DNA of 64,000 bases from Mizuhopecten yessoensis (GCF_002113885.1 NW_018404538.1:185306-249305), one strand, 5' to 3'. Positions 1 to 16,290 are shown, counted from the first letter of the stretch. The notes: generated by a model not told the origin, from the letters alone. Made by a program: numbers and translations.

Positions 1-800
1 TTTTTTTCTTGTTTTCACATATTGGGTTGATAGGATTTGTCCTATCATGTGCAACCCAATTCGTGAAAAGTAAAAAAAAATCTTTGTATATTATATCTTT
101 GTATAATTAGTGTATCTAATTAGTGGAAATTGTTCACATTAGAGCTTCATTGAATAATTAGTAATTAACAGAAAGTTATTTAGGAATTTTAAACATTTTT
201 TTTATGTTTTCACATATTGGGTTGATAGGATTTGTCCTATCATGTGCACCCAATTCGTGAAAAGTAAAAAAAAATCTTTGTATATTATATCTTTGTATAA
301 TTAGTGTATCTAATTAGTGGAAATTGTTCACATTAGAGCTTCATTGAATAATTAGTAATCAACAGAAAGTTATTTAGGAATTTTAAACATTTTTTTTATG
401 TTTTCACATATTGGGTTGATAGGATTTGTCCTATCATGTGCAACCCAATTCGTGAAAAGTGAAAAAAAATCTTTGTATATTTTGGCTAATTAGTGAATCT
501 AAATAGTGGAAATTGTTCAAATTAGAGCTTCTTTGAATAATTAGTAATTAACAGAAAGTTATTTAGGAATTTAAAATTTTTTTTTCTTGTTTTCACATAT
601 TGGGTTGATAGGATTTGTCATATCATGTGCAACCCAATTCGTGAAAAGTGAAAAAAATATTTTTTTGCTAATTAGTGAATTTATTTAGTTCAGATGGTTC
701 ACATTAGAGTTAGTTTGAATCATAAGTAGTTTAAACACAGTAATTTATGAATTCAATATAGTTTTTCCTGTTTTCACATGTTGGGTTGTTTTCACATATT
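1..800. repeat. Tandem repeat, ~181-194 bp unit, ~4 copies visible, each with a nested hairpin
   Basis: GTTTTCACAT recurs at ~11, 206, 400, 589 and 770. Each unit contains TTTTCAC..ATTGGGTTG..GATAGGA/TCCTATC..CAACCCAAT..GTGAAAA inverted arms. Confidence 0.9.
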
Positions 801-2300
801 GGCACGCTACAGAGCTCAGATAACATCGGGGTTCCATACATTATACCCCGTATGTTCCAATTAAGCAGGGTAACCATAACACACAACATACATATCCTTT
901 CAGTGCTATGAAGATTGATTGTTGGAGTGCGAGTTGCCATCGAAACGATCACGGTGTTCCCACTCACGTACCAGCACATTTTCAGGCCAAAAAAGGGGAT
1001 TTATCGCCCGTTCAAAGTCATGTTCGCGCACGTTAAATCTAGCCGTGTACGTCGGTTCTTCACCACCCCAGAATTTTATTATCCTCATATATGTTACTTT
1101 AATGCCGCCCTCTGCTGCGTATGTAACAATCGAGTTGATTACATCGTCCTCTGAAGCGTCAGCAGTTATTCTCGACATAAGGAGCTGTTTTTTTCGTGGT
1201 TTGCGTTTGACGCCGCGAAATTGGTATGGTGTTGAATGTCCAAAGAATGTTACATTTCGGTGTGGTCTATATATGCGACTCCGCAAGTTTATTGTCATTG
1301 AGCGTAACAGACATAACCTTCTGCGAATATTGCTCATTGCTTACTTTTTGGGCTACCTCTGAATAAGAGGGAGATGTAGAACAGCCATGACCTTGGTTGG
1401 ATGGCATACCTACACTGGAGGAGTCGTTTCGTACTGCCTGCAGTATGTCATTAATCGCATTTACGGTTTAATTTGGGGCTCATCATGATAGTCGCGCAGT
1501 ACTTTCGGTGCATTGATTCCTACTTCGTTCTCAGCGGTGTGTTTACTTTGATCTGTGTTTGAATCTCTGCGATTTAATCCCTTGAAGTTCTTTATGATTT
1601 TTTTCTTTGTGACTTAATTCTTTACGCAATTGACTCACGTCACTGGTCAGCGCAAAAATCGTTTTTTTATTTTTTTTTATTTTTCAGCAATAACTCCACG
1701 TAATTCATTTTTCAGATCTCCGATTTCTTCCCGTAAAACAATGTTAATTTCATTCATTTGTTCTGTCATTTCATTCCTCATCCCCACTATTAGAATAAAC
1801 AGGTCAGCAAGGGTTTGATTGTTTACATTACTACCGATATCGGACAGATTATTGGAAATAGGTATGTCGCCACGCACGGGTGACTCGGCTGTACGTGTGT
1901 AGACCTGTTTTATCGAGGTATGATCACCGAGTAGGATCGACTCGTCATTATTATTTATTGACGAGTGCATATCTATTGTCGAATTTCCTATATCTTTTGT
2001 TCTCAACAGATATTTGACTTCATTAGTGTTAGCTCCTCCATCAACTTATTGGAAAAACGTGTAAATGTCCTCTAGGTATTTGTCCAAAGCTGAAGAAATC
2101 CCTCCATTATTACGTCTGATCAGTATACCCTGGGGTGTACCGGGTAGTCTTAGGAGAGACAAGTCATATATCGATTGACGGACATGGACGATACTGTCGA
2201 TATTGCCTGAATAAATACTGTTTAATCGTTTTATAAACTTTTCCTTGTCTAAAGATCCAACAGAGTCTTTGAGTTGATCATAGATACTTCTGTCTATCTG
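800..2300 (-). mobile_element. 5' part of a non-LTR retrotransposon (LINE): disrupted ORF1 plus the start of the ORF2 AP-endonuclease
   Basis: ORFs 2345-2046 and 2006-1677 are in frame across one TAA and include a coiled-coil-like segment. ORF 1337-906 ends in the RRM-like '...FWPENVLVREW' typical of CR1/L2/Jockey-group ORF1. An overlapping downstream frame has 'LLNWNIRG', the APE N-terminal WN motif, and is cut off at ~800. Confidence 0.7.
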
Positions 2301-5300
2301 CATAACCCTAATATATATTATACACCTAAAATATAGTCCCAACATAATTATACACCTAATATATATAGGCCTTACATAATTATACGCCTAATATATAGCC
2401 CTAATATAATAACTCATTTAATATATAGTCCCAACATAATTATAAACCTTATATATAGCCCTTACATAATTATACACCTAATATAAAACCCTAACATAAT
2501 TATACACATATTATATAGCCCTTACATAAATACACATCTAATATATAGCCCTCACATAAGTATACACTTAACATATAGTCCGAACATAATTATACACCTA
2601 ATACATAGTCTTCACATAATTATAAACATACTATATAACCCCTACATAATTATACACCTAAGATATATATCCCTCACATATTTATACACCAAATATAAAG
2701 TCCCTACATAATTATAATCCTAATATATATCCCTCCAATAATTATAGATATATTATATACCCCTAACATCATTATACACCTAATATATAGCCCCACATAA
2801 TTATACACCTAATATATAGCCCTAACATAAGGACTCATTTAATATATAGTCCCAACATAATTATAAATCTTATATATAGCCCTTACAAAATTATACACCT
2901 AATATATAGCCCTGACATAATTATACACCTAATATATAGCCCTCATATAATTATACGTCTAAGATATAGTCCCAACACAATTATACACCTAAGATATAGC
3001 CCTAACATAATTATACACCTTATATATAGCCCTAACATAATCATAAACCTAATATATAGCCCTCACATAATTAACGATCTTTTATATAGCCCTCACATAA
3101 TTATACACCTTATACATAGACCCAACACAATTATACACCTAATATACAGCCCTGACATAATCATACCCCTCATATACATGTATAATCCTAATATATATTA
3201 TACACCTAAAATATAGTTCCAACATAATTAAACACCTAACATAAATAAAATGTATAGCCCTAACATAATTATACACCTAATATATAGCTCTAACATAATT
3301 ATAGATCTATTATATAGCCCTCACATAATTATACCCTTAATATATAGCCCTCACACAATTATACATCTAATATATAGCCCTAACATACATTGTAAATACA
3401 CTCATAATATATAGGTCTTACATAATTATACACCTGATATATAGCCCTTACATTATTATAGACCAAATATACAGCCCTTACATAATTTTACACCTAATAT
3501 ATAGTCCCAACATAGTTATACATATAATATATGCCCTCACATAATTATAGATATATTATATAGCCCTTATATCATTATACACCTAATATATAGCTCTCTC
3601 ATAATTATACGCCTAAGATATAGCCCTCACATACCTATACAGCTAATATATAACCCTAACATAGTTATACACCTATTATATAACCCTAAGATAAGTATAC
3701 ACCTAAAATATAGCCCTTACATAGTTATACGCCTAATATATAGCCCTAACATAATTACACATTTGATAAATAGTCCCAACATAATTATAAACCTTGTATA
3801 TAGCCCTTACATAATCATACACCTACTATGAAACCCTAACATAATTATACACCTTATATGTAGCCCTCACATAATTATAGACCTAATATACAGCCGTAAC
3901 ATAATTATAGACCTAATATACAGCCCTAACATAATTGTACACCTAATATACAGCCCATACATAATTTTACAACGTATATATAGCCCTCATATAATTATAC
4001 ACCTAATATATAGCCCAAACATAATTATACACCTAATATATAACCCTAACACAATTATACACCTAATATATAGCCCTTACATATTTATAGACATAATATA
4101 TAGTCCAAACATGATTATAGATCTAATGTACCGCCCAAACATAATTATTCACCTAATTTATAGCCCTGACATAATGATACAACTGGTATATAGTTCTAAC
4201 ATAATTATACACCTTATATATAGCCCTCACATAATTATGCACCTAATATATATCCTTAACATAATTTTACATCTAATATATAGCCCTAACATAATTACTC
4301 ATTTAATATATAGTCCCAACATAATTATAAATCTTATATATAGCCTTCAATAATTATACACCTAATAAACAGCACTTACATAATTATAGATCTATTATAT
4401 TGCCCTAACCTCAAAATACATCAATATATAGCCCTCATATAATTATACGCCTAAGATATAGCCCTCACATACCTATACAGCTAATTTATAGCCCTAACAT
4501 AATTATACACCTATTATATAACCCTAAGATAATTATACACCTAAAATATAGCCCTTACATAGTTATACGCCTAATATATAGCCCTAACATAGTTACACAT
4601 TTAATATATAGTCCAAACATAATTATAAACCTTATATAAAACCCTAACATCATTATACACGTAATATGTAGCCCTTACATAACTAAGACTAATATACAGG
4701 CCCTAACATAATTGTACACCTAATATACAGCCCTTATATAATGTTACAACTTACATGTAGCCCTCACATAATTATACACCTAAGATATAGCCAAAACATA
4801 ATTATACGCTTAATATATAGCTCTAACATAAGTATACACCTAATATATTACTCTTACAAAATTATACACATAATATATAACCTTCATATATTATACACCT
4901 AATATATAGCCCTTACCTATTTATAGACCTAATATACAGTCCTAACATAATTATACACCTGGTATATAGCCTTCATATATTATACACCTAATATATATCC
5001 CAAACATAATTAAACCCCTAATATACAGCCCTCACATAGTTATACACCTTATATCTAGCCCTAATATAATTATACACTTAATATATAGCTCTCATATAAT
5101 ATTACGTCTAATATATAGTCCCAACATAATTATACACCTAAGATATAGCCCTAACATAATTATACACCTAATACATAAACCCTAACATAATTATAGATCT
5201 ATTATATAGCTCTCACATAATGTTACACCTTATATAGAGACCCAACATAATTATACACCTGATATACAGCCCTGACATAATCATACTCCTAATATATTCC

Positions 5301-7055
5301 GTCTTTGCGTATTGCAGAGTTATCTTCTCTTGGGAGTAGGTATTGATTGTTACGTCATTGGTCTGTGTGAGCAAATTACGTCGTTTTCTCAAAAATTGAT
5401 GACGTTTCTCTCACAAACAAGTGACGTAACAATCAATACCTGCTCCCAAGAGAAGATAACTCTGCAATACGCAAAGTCGGAATAACCCTAATATATATAA
5501 TACACCTAATATATATCCCTCATATAATTATACGTCTATTATATAACCCTAAGATATTTATACACCTAAAATATAGTCCCAACATAAATATACACCTGTT
5601 AATTATATAACCCTCACATAATTATACACCTGATATATAGCCATAACATAAGTATAGACCTAATATACAGCACTAACATAACTTTACACCTAATATATAG
5701 CCCTGACATAATTATAGACATAACATATAGTCAAAACATGATTATAGATCTAATGTACCGCCCAAACATAATTATTCATCTAATTTATAGCCCTGACATA
5801 ATGATACAACTGATATATAGTTCTAACATAATTATACACCTTATATATAGCCCTCACATAATTATGCACCTAATATATAGCCCTAACATAATTACTCATT
5901 TAATATATAGTCCCAACATAATTATAAATCTTATATATAGCCCTTCAATAATTATACACCTAATATACAGCCCTAACATAATTATAGATCTATTATATTG
6001 CCCTAACATCAAAATTCACCTTATATATAGCCCTCATATAATTATACGCCTAAGATATAGCCCTCACATACCTATACAGCTAATTTATAACCCTAACATA
6101 ATTATACACCTATTTATAACCTTAAGCTAATTATACACCTAAAATATAGCCCTTACATAGTTATACGCCTAATATATAGCCCTAACATAATTACACATTT
6201 AATATATAGTCCAAACATAATTATAAACCTTATATAAAACCCGAACATCATTATACACGTAATATGTAGCCCTTACATAACTAAGACTAATATACAGGCC
6301 CTAACATAATTGTACACCTAATATACAGCCCTTACATAATGTTACAACTTACATGTAGCCCTCACATAATTATACACCTAAGATATAGCCAAAACTTAAT
6401 TATACGCTTAATATATAGCCCTAACATAAGTATACACCTAATATATAATTCTTACAAAATTATACACATAATATATAACCTTCATATATTATACACCTAA
6501 TATACATCCCAAACATAGTTATACACCTTATATCTAGCCCTAATATAATTATACACCTAATATATAGCCCTCATATAAAATTACGTCTAATATATAGTCC
6601 CAACATAATTATACACCTAAGATATAGCCCTAACATAATTATACACCTAATACATAAACCCTAACATAATTATAGATCTATTATATAGCTCTCACATAAT
6701 GTTACACCTTATATAGAGACCCAACATAATTATACACCTTATATACAGCCCTGACATTATCATACTCCTAAAATATAACCCTAATATATATAATAAACCT
6801 AATATATATCCCTCATATAATTATACGTCTATTATATAACCCTAAGATATTTATGCACCTAAAATATAGTCCCAACATAAATATACACCTGTTAATCATA
6901 TAACCCTCACATAATTATACACCTAATATATAGCCCTAACATAATTATAGAGCTAATATACAGCTCTAACATAATTATACACCTAATATATAGTCCCAAC
7001 ATAGTTATACATATAATATATAGCCCTCACATCAATACACACCTAATATATATAT
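2300..7055. repeat. 30-bp AT-rich minisatellite (ATAATTATACACCTAATATATAGCCCTAAC) with higher-order duplication
   Basis: Clear 30-nt periodicity. Variant blocks at ~4100 and ~5727 repeat at a 1627-bp offset. Confidence 0.95.
5295..5484. mobile_element. Palindromic MITE with TA target duplication (Tc1/mariner-type), copy 1
   Basis: TA-TTCCGTCTTTGCGTATTGCAGAGTTATC...GATAACTCTGCAATACGCAAAGTCGGAA-TA with long TIRs. The empty site is at ~6775 in the duplicated satellite block. A second copy is at 56205. Confidence 0.9.
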
Positions 7056-8669
7056 GCTCTTGTTTACTTTTAAAGAAACTGCCCTGTAGGATGGAGTGCT
7101 TTTGCTGAACAAAATCAAAGGATTATAAAGATTTGATCCATTGTGTAACATTCTATACTATTTAAAATGACATATTTGTTTTTATTTATTTTCATCTGTT
7201 GATTACCCATATTGGTGAATATTTTGACATTTAATGTTCCGAAAATTGGAGCTGATTCCTAAAGCTTGTTTAAAAGGTAATGGTGATTCCATGTTGTGTA
7301 TAAACTCAATAACTGAAATAATTATAAAATCAATTTCATGGTCGAGTAGTCGCATGAATCGTATAACAGAAGGATGATTCTTTTTAAATGTCTACATGTG
7401 TAAAAATGAGTTTCCGTCCTCAACATTCATGCTCTGAAGAAGTTTTTGTAGGAATAAACTGAAATATAACGAGTTTTGAAACCAATTTAGTAATTGATTG
7501 ATTTACAAATTATATTTAATAGCTTTACAAAAAAGTTGTTGTTTCACTCTCTGTTTTAACTTTAATCAGCTTAATTCGAACGGCAAATAACCATTGAAAT
7601 AGAGAGTTATCTTTGAAATATTGGACATGACAAGAAACGTTACTTTCATTTGTCTCACCAATAATGCGATTTACATCTAGTGGTTTACTCTACCTTGATT
7701 TACATATGTATATATAAAGTACACACTTCATGGTACTTTTTTCTCTCGTCTTCAATGAAGACTTTTTGTGTCGCTGCATTTTTACAAACTGATGTAAATT
7801 ACGATTTTTAAGATAATACCTGTATTCAGTTTTAATTAAGTTATATTTCCCCAACAACCACAACCCAAGTTTATGAAAGAATTCTAGACTTCATCAGCTT
7901 CAAATGATTGTAGATAAAGAAATCTGTATTGGATTTTTGGGGTTGGTATATTTGGAGCAAGTGTTGGTAGTAAAATGTAGCTGAATATATGAGATTTCTC
8001 TTTCATAGAGATTTGATTGTTTTCTCCACTATTTAGAAACAAATTGCCATCAGTAAAAAAACTTCTTGTTTTTGAAGTCCACGAATCAAAGCCAGACGGC
8101 TTGTTCAAGGCAGGACTTTGAGAGAAAGTCGTAGCAATGTTTCTAGCAATCGCAGAAATAGTTTGACAATTGTGCTTTTAAATTATGGTATTGGAACTTT
8201 TAAACTCAATGCAATTCAGTGCATTATGTTTCCAGTACATTGTACCTATTAATGTGCAAAAGTGCCTGAATTTATTTTGGAACTGCATTATTGTTGTATG
8301 CATATTTTGTACATTGAAGCGTGTAACTTATTTGCACTATCATGAACAAAAATAGTTTTAAAAAAAAGAAAATTTAAAACATGGAGAGACAAAATTCATA
8401 GTATATTTGCTATCAAAATGTTCCACATTTATGGTATAAAGGTTTTCTGTATCTTGTTAATTAGAGCATACAGGTATCAGAGTTGAAAATAACTGATTTC
8501 TAAATGTACCTCCTGAGTTTTCTAAAGGTGAAGATAGGTGTTAACAGATTTAATAATTAACCATCTACACAGGTGGATTTAAATGTCCTCTGAGGAATAA
8601 CCATCAATATACATAAAATATTTAGGGCACAGTGACTGGCTGTGGCTCTGACAGAAGACCAGTTTGTAT

Positions 8670-9192
8670 ATTAATGTGATTTCAGAATTCTTGCTTGCAA
8701 CAACCAATACAAGTCCTAAAGTGACATTCAGATCTTGTAGGTTATAACACAGTACTGTTTTCAAGTTTAGGCTATTAATGTGATTTCAGAATTCTTGCTG
8801 GCAACAACCAATAACAAGTCTTAAAGTGACATTCAGATCTTGTAGGTTATAATACAGTACTGTTTTCAAGTTTAGGACATTAATGTGATTTCAGAATTCT
8901 TGCTGGCAACAACCAATAACAAGCCTTAAAGTGACATTTAGATCTTGTAGGTTATAATACAGTACTGTTTTCAAGTTTAGGCCAGAAATTTGTTTTAAGA
9001 ATTCTTGCTGGCAACAACCAATAACAAGCCTTAAAGTGACATTTAGATCTTGTAGCTTATAATACAGTACTGTTTTCAAGTTAGGCCATTAATGTGATTT
9101 CAGAATTCTTGCTCGCAACAAACAATACAAGTCTTAAAGTGACATTCAGATCTTGTAGGTTATAACACAGTACTGTTTTCAAGTTGAGGCCA
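8670..9192. repeat. ~105-bp tandem repeat, ~5 copies
   Basis: TTAATGTGATTTCAGAATTCTTGC...AGTACTGTTTTCAAG is repeated. Confidence 0.9.
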
Positions 9193-11130
9193 TTTTATGA
9201 GGACAGCAGTGTAGATCGACTTTTGTCAGATCAATGGAATAAAATAATTTGTAATAAAAAACATTTGTATATTTGTTGGCAAAACAAGCAATGCTGTTGT
9301 TTTATTGTTGGAAATAAAAAAAATATCATGTGAAAATAAATTGATATAGGAAAAAGGGAAAAAAAATAAAAAATTCAAGAAGAATTACACATTATTATAT
9401 GTTTCGCATGTCTAAAATTGTCTGACATTGTCAGTATGGTATGTTTTAAGCAAAACTTCAAAACTATCTAAAATTTCTGGATATTTTTTTCCAAAAACAA
9501 CGAGAAGAAAATCTACATTTTAAAGAAAGTGGTAGCTATGGGAGCACCCTATATATGTTATAAACATAAAAATATTGGTACCTTGCAAAACAATAAGCAA
9601 ATTTCGCAAAACCAACAATTCTCAAAAATCACCTAAACATGACATATTTTATCTAAAAGGAAACTTGGAACTTATAGAAGTAACAAACTATATCCGATAT
9701 ATAACAGAAAGGAATGACAGGAAATCATGTGAGGGACACAACTCACAGAAATATTATCCAAAGGAAGACAATCAATCATAACTGCACAAATACTTACAGA
9801 GTATGAATATAACTTGAAACAAATTTTAAATTATATAAGAAATAATTCTCAGGGACACCATCTAAATGAAAATTAATTGATTGATATAACAGTCGAGATG
9901 CATTAAAAATCCTACCCACACGGAAAGTAAAACAAACATTACAGTAAAATGTTCAAACCTGGACTGCCATAGTGTAAAGTTTCACCTTTTGGCCTTTAGT
10001 AACTTTCAGCTTTCTTGGCGAATTTTGTGCATTTTTAAATATCTCCCATTCTCATCAGATGTATATGAAGTGCATAACATTTGAAAAAATAAAAATATGA
10101 ATGTATAATAAGATGTATTGGAAAGCAAACAAAGGGTCACAACTCTTCGAGTTCGTGAAAATCCAGCCCTTACTTTCTTCTATTTTTAGGATGCTTCTAC
10201 ACCGAAGTCGAACAACTTCTGACAGGTCAATGACCCTTGATGAGACTTATTTAGCTGTCAAAGGTCAGACCAAAAAATACTGCAGTACAATTTTATGTCA
10301 ACTTATGTATTAGTGGATTTGAACACTGTAAATATGAATGTTGAACAGAAATATTTTAACATTTAAGCGAACACTATTTTTTTTTTTACAATCCTTTCAA
10401 TAACAGATTTAGGGAGTGAAGGGTTTAAATGTTGTTGTTGTTGATATTTAGTGGATCGAAGAGATACATGAGCATCAAAAATACATGATAATAACCGAAA
10501 AGTGACATTAACAGACGTGATATTAGGTGCAATGTACTGTACCGGTATAACTTTTTTTTTAAACACAGTATTCTAAAAGATATGATTAAGGTTTCAGACT
10601 CTTTTCGGTTATCAGCATCTTTTGAGGAAACTCCTCCATGTATTGTAGCAGAAAAATGTCAACAAATAATATGAAGTGTATGTAGTGCAGTGGATATATA
10701 GAAAGCTCAATTCCTGCTATATATTTGTAGAAAGTTGTCAAAGAATCAGATATTTGGCAGACCTTTCTTATACATATGACTTAAAAGTGGTTGCGAGGAT
10801 TTATAAAACCCATAAAACAAACTGATTCCTATCCTTTATACAGAGATTACAGTGTGGAAATATAGATGCACTGAAGGTATTGAAAATAACGTCAGGTAAT
10901 TCGGGTAAAATGGACTTCCATCATGATTTTACATAATCATGTGTTTATACAGCCTCCCTTAAGAAAAACATATTCCATGCATGTTTTCAGCCTGTTTTTG
11001 TTGTCATTATCTGTCCAGCCTGTAACATCTCATCTTTGCTAGCCAAGCGTTCATTTTGTATTCACATATTCATGTATTCAACCTTAGCAGATTTAGCCTT
11101 GTTCTCTAAGTTTTCAAATTATTGAACCTG

Positions 11131-11246
11131 GCACAGGGACTTGGCACGAATTACCATCCTATGGTCAACATATTTTTGTTATATCATACATTATATAATA
11201 CACATATGTGAACTCAGGATTAGAAATTAATGCCAAGTCCCTGTGC
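11131..11246. mobile_element. Small inverted-repeat element (possible MITE)
   Basis: Perfect 16-bp IR GCACAGGGACTTGGCA / TGCCAAGTCCCTGTGC; no clear TSD. Confidence 0.45.
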
Positions 11247-13066
11247 ATGTAAATAATAATGGCGGCGCCCAGTACCAAGTTGCCTTGTCGACTATGTCAT
11301 GATTTATGTAAAAAGACAAAGGAGGACAATGATCAGTTGGTAGAGATAATTGGCCATATTCTAACTGTAAATGATAACCAAGGGAAAATCTTGAAAGTTT
11401 CAAGTTTTGCTAGTAAAGTGTCTATGCAAGGTGGCAAGGGAGGGAAATTAAACACAAGACTTAATCTGCCAAGGTTGAATAGTACAAATTTAAATTATGA
11501 ACCCTTGGCTATTGAAGATGGTGAGATAACGAGGTTCGATCGTAAAAAAAGATGTATAGCTGTTGATAGGACGTACATTAAACAATACTAAATCAAATCT
11601 GAAATTTATTTTGACATAAAGATCTTATTTATTTGGATAATTTCATGGAAATGATGACTTGTTATTTTAAACAAATGATTTGTTAATTTCAGCTTGCATG
11701 CACTGTATGAATGTTGTTTTAATAATATTGTACCCGTATGAATCCATGATTGTCGTGAAGTGGTGCTTTATTTGAATTTAATACATTTGATGCTCTATTA
11801 CCTGACCTGGAACGCATTCGTAGCCATACCGAGACAATTACAATACTGTGGTATAACTGCATGTATATATATTGTGTACATAGTTTAAGCGTCTGCGAGA
11901 CCAGCTGTTTTAACTTACAAACGTCCAGGTGACGAGAAAGAACACGAGAGGAATGTTTTTGACTTTTGACAGGAGCTGTAGGCAATTCACACTTTTCAAT
12001 TTGTACTATTCTTCTTTTTGGATAACGACGCTTTAACAGAAGTAACATACCACTATGCTTATATCCGATAATTTTAAGATAAAAAACCCCACACACAAGC
12101 TTTTAGTCACGAACTTTTCCTTGAATGCGCCTATGTATAATCTTCGGCACGATGTTAACACAAGTTAAGGTACACTATTGATGCCGACATGTACAAATGT
12201 ATGTACAGTAAACTGTAAAACGAAAGTAGGTCTGCGCGATCGCAAACATTTAATGCTGATATTTTGGCATAAATGTCAGTTAGTACTTGATGTGATAGCA
12301 ATGGATTAAACGAGTGTTACCTTGTTTCCTATTCTAGCACATCAGTGTCTCAATACATACGGTATTAATCTGTTAATGTTCGATAAACGTCTGTTTATTA
12401 TAACTGTCCTGATTATGTTGTGACGTATTTCCGGGTCACGTTCTCGTATCAAGTGCGCTTCCAGTTACGTTATAAAATGCAAAATCTTGATATTTATTAA
12501 TTAAAGATAGTTTAAAGACTAAACGAGTTAATAAAAACAATATCAATACATTGTAAATATTATGTTCTTGCATGTTTGAGAAGCAGACGACGTTTGATCA
12601 TAATCTCGAAACTAGAAAAAAAAAAAAATGAAAAAAAATGTGGTTTAACATTTGAAAAAAAAAGTTTGAAGGGGACAAAATCAATTGGTTCTTTTATGAA
12701 TTAATAAAAGTGATACAAAAAAGAAATATAGTAAATAATAGATAGTATTTTTTTTCAAAAACATCATCCTTAGAGAGTATGTGCTGGGCATGATCATTTA
12801 GAATCTTTGCAATACGTCAAACTCTTTCCAACGCGCATCAGCTTGAGATTAGGCCACTGTTTACAAAATGGCGACTGGAAGTAGCAAGGCGGATTAAATT
12901 GGAACTTCAATTGTGAATATTTCGGCAAGTAAACATTGTTCACAAAGCCCATGTGGTCTGTTCATCTAATTTAGTTAAGATGTACTCAGACCAGTCGTTG
13001 TTTAGTCGCTAGGGTCATTCACAAAAAAAATAGTATTATTATATAAACTTATTGTAGTTAAACAGA

Positions 13067-16000
13067 ATTATACCCCTTATATATAGCCCTCATATAATAA
13101 TACACACATAATATACAGCCCTAACATAATTATAGATCTATTTTATAGCCCTCACATAGTTTTACCCCTAATATACAGCCCTAAAATAATTATACACCTA
13201 ATATATAACCCTTATATAAGTATACACCTAATGTAAACCCTTACAAAATTAGAGATCTATTAAATAGCCCTAACATAATTAAACCCCTTATATATAGCCC
13301 TCACATATTTATATACCTAATATATAGCCCTAACAAACATTGTAAATACACACCTTACATAACTATACATCTAATATATAACGATTACATATTTATACAC
13401 CTAATGTATAGCTCTTACATAATTATAGACCTAATATAAAGCCCTAACATAAATATACATCTAAGATATAGTCCCAAAATAGTTATACATATAATATATA
13501 ACCCTCACATCAATACACACCTAATATATAGCCCTCACATAATTATAGATCTATTATAACGCCCTAATATCATTATACACCTAATATATAGCCCTCATAT
13601 AATCATACGCCTAGGATATAGCCCTATACAGCTAATATAGAACCCTAACATAATTGTACACCTATTCTATGACCCTAAGATAATTATAGACCTAAAGCAT
13701 AGTCCTAACATAATTATACGCCTAATGTACCGCCCAAACATAATTATTCCACTACTTTATAGCCCTTACATAATTATACAACTAATATATAGTTCTAACA
13801 TAATTATACACCTTATATATAGCCCTCACATAATTATACACCTAATATATAGTCTTCATATAATGATACATCTAATATATAGCCCTAACATAATAACTCA
13901 TTTAATAAATAGTCCCAACATAATTATAAACCTTATATATAGCCCTTACATAATTATACACCTAATGTTAAACCCTTACATAAATATACATCTAATATAT
14001 AGCCCTCGCATAAGTATACACCTAACATATAGTCCCAACATAATTATACACCTAATACATAGTCTTCACATAATTATAAACCTACTATATAACCCCTACA
14101 TAATTATACACCTAATATATAGCCCTCATATAATTATGCGTCTAATATATACTCCCATCATAATTATACACTAAAAGATATAGCCCTAACATAAGTATAC
14201 ACCTAATATATAGCCCTAACATAACTATACACCTAATGTATACCCTAACAAAATTAGAGATCTATTAATTAGCCCTAACATAATTTAACCCCTCATATAC
14301 AGCCCTCACATATTTATATACCTAATATATAGCCCTAACAAACATTGTAAATACACACCTTATATGTAGGCCTTACATAATTATACACCTAATATATAAC
14401 GATTACATATTTATACACCTAATGTATAGCTCTTACATAATTATAGACCTAATATAAAGCCCTAAAATAACTATACATCTAAGATATAGTCCCAACATAG
14501 TTATACATTTAATATATAGCCCTCACATCAATACACACCTAATATATAGCTCTCAAATAATTATAGATCTATTATATTGCCCTAACATAATTATACACCT
14601 TATATACAGCCCTAACATAATTATACAACTAATATATAGTCCCAACATAGTTATTCATATAATATATAGCCCTCACATCAATACACACCTAATATATAGC
14701 CCTCACATAATTATAGATCTATTATAACGCCCTAATATCATTATACACCTAATATATAGCCCTCAAATAATTACACGCCTAAGATATAGCCCTATACAGC
14801 TAATATATAACCCTTACATAATTATACTATTATATGACCCTAAGATAATTATATACCTAAAATATAGTCCCAACATAATTATACGCCTAATGTACCGCCA
14901 AAACATAATTATTCCCCTACTTTATAGCCCTTACATAATTATACAACTAAGATATAGTTCTAACATAATTATACACCTTATATATAGCCCTCACATAATT
15001 ATACACCTTATATATAGTCTTCATATAATGATACATCTAATATATAGCCCTAACATCAATACACGCATAATATACAGCCCTAACATAATTATAGATCTAT
15101 TTTATATCCTCACATAGTTTTACCCCTAATATATAGCCCTAACATAATCATACCTCTAATATACAGCCCTAAAATAGTTATACACCTAATATATAACCCT
15201 AATATAATTATACACCTAATATATAGCCCTCATATAATTATACGTCTACTGTATACTCCCAACATAATAATACACTAAAATATATAGCCCTAACATAATT
15301 ATACACCTAATATACAGCCCTCACATATTCATATACCTTATATATAGCCCTTACATAATTATACATCTAAGATATAGTCCCAACATAGTTATACATATAA
15401 TATATAGCCCTCACATCAATACACACCTAATATATAGCCCTCACATACTTATAGATCTATTATATTGCCCTTACATCATAATACACCTAATACATAGCCC
15501 TCACATAATTATACGCCTAAGTCATAGCCCTCGCATACCTATACAGCTAATATATAACCCTAACATAATTATACACCTATTATATAACCCTAAGATAATT
15601 ATTCACCTAAAATATAGCCCTTACATAGTTATACGCCTAATATATAGCCCTAACATAATTACACATTAAGTATATAGTCCGAACATTATTGTAAACCTTA
15701 TATATAACCCTAACATAATTATACACGTAATATGAAGCCCTCACATAATTAAGACCTAATATACAGCCCTAACATAATTGTACACCAATTATACAGCCCT
15801 AACATAATTTTACAACTTACATATAGCCCTCACATAATTATACACCTAATATATAGCCCAAACATAATTATACGCCTAATATATAGTCCTAACATAATTA
15901 TACACCTTATATATAGCCCTCACATAATTACACACCTAATATATAGCCTTCTCATATTATACACCTAATATACATCCCAAACATAATTATACCACAAATA

Positions 16001-16290
16001 TATAGCCCTCATATAAGTATACACCTAATATATAACCCTAACTTAAATACACACATAATATACAGCCCTAACATAATTATAGATCTATTTTATAGCCTCA
16101 CATAGTTTTACTCCTAATATATAGCCCTAACATAATCATACCTCTAATATACAGCCCTAAAATAATTATACACCTAATATAAAGCCCTTACATAATCATA
16201 CCTCTAATATACAGCCCTAACATAATTATTCACCTAATAGCTAACCCTAATATAATTATACACCTAATATATAGCCCTCATATAATTATC
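13067..16290. repeat. Second array of the same 30-bp minisatellite
   Basis: Same unit and the same rare variants (ATGTACCGCCCAAAC, ACATTGTAAATACAC) as 2300-7055. Confidence 0.95.

Noticed and set aside
11259-12096. ORFs MAAPSTKLPCRLC... and 11719-12096
   Set aside because: A single CxxC only; could be a transposon relic but no family is supportable.
4111-15117. Ile/His/Tyr-rich ORFs (IIHLIYSP repeats)
   Set aside because: Translations of the 30-bp satellite; a unit divisible by 3 gives spurious ORFs.
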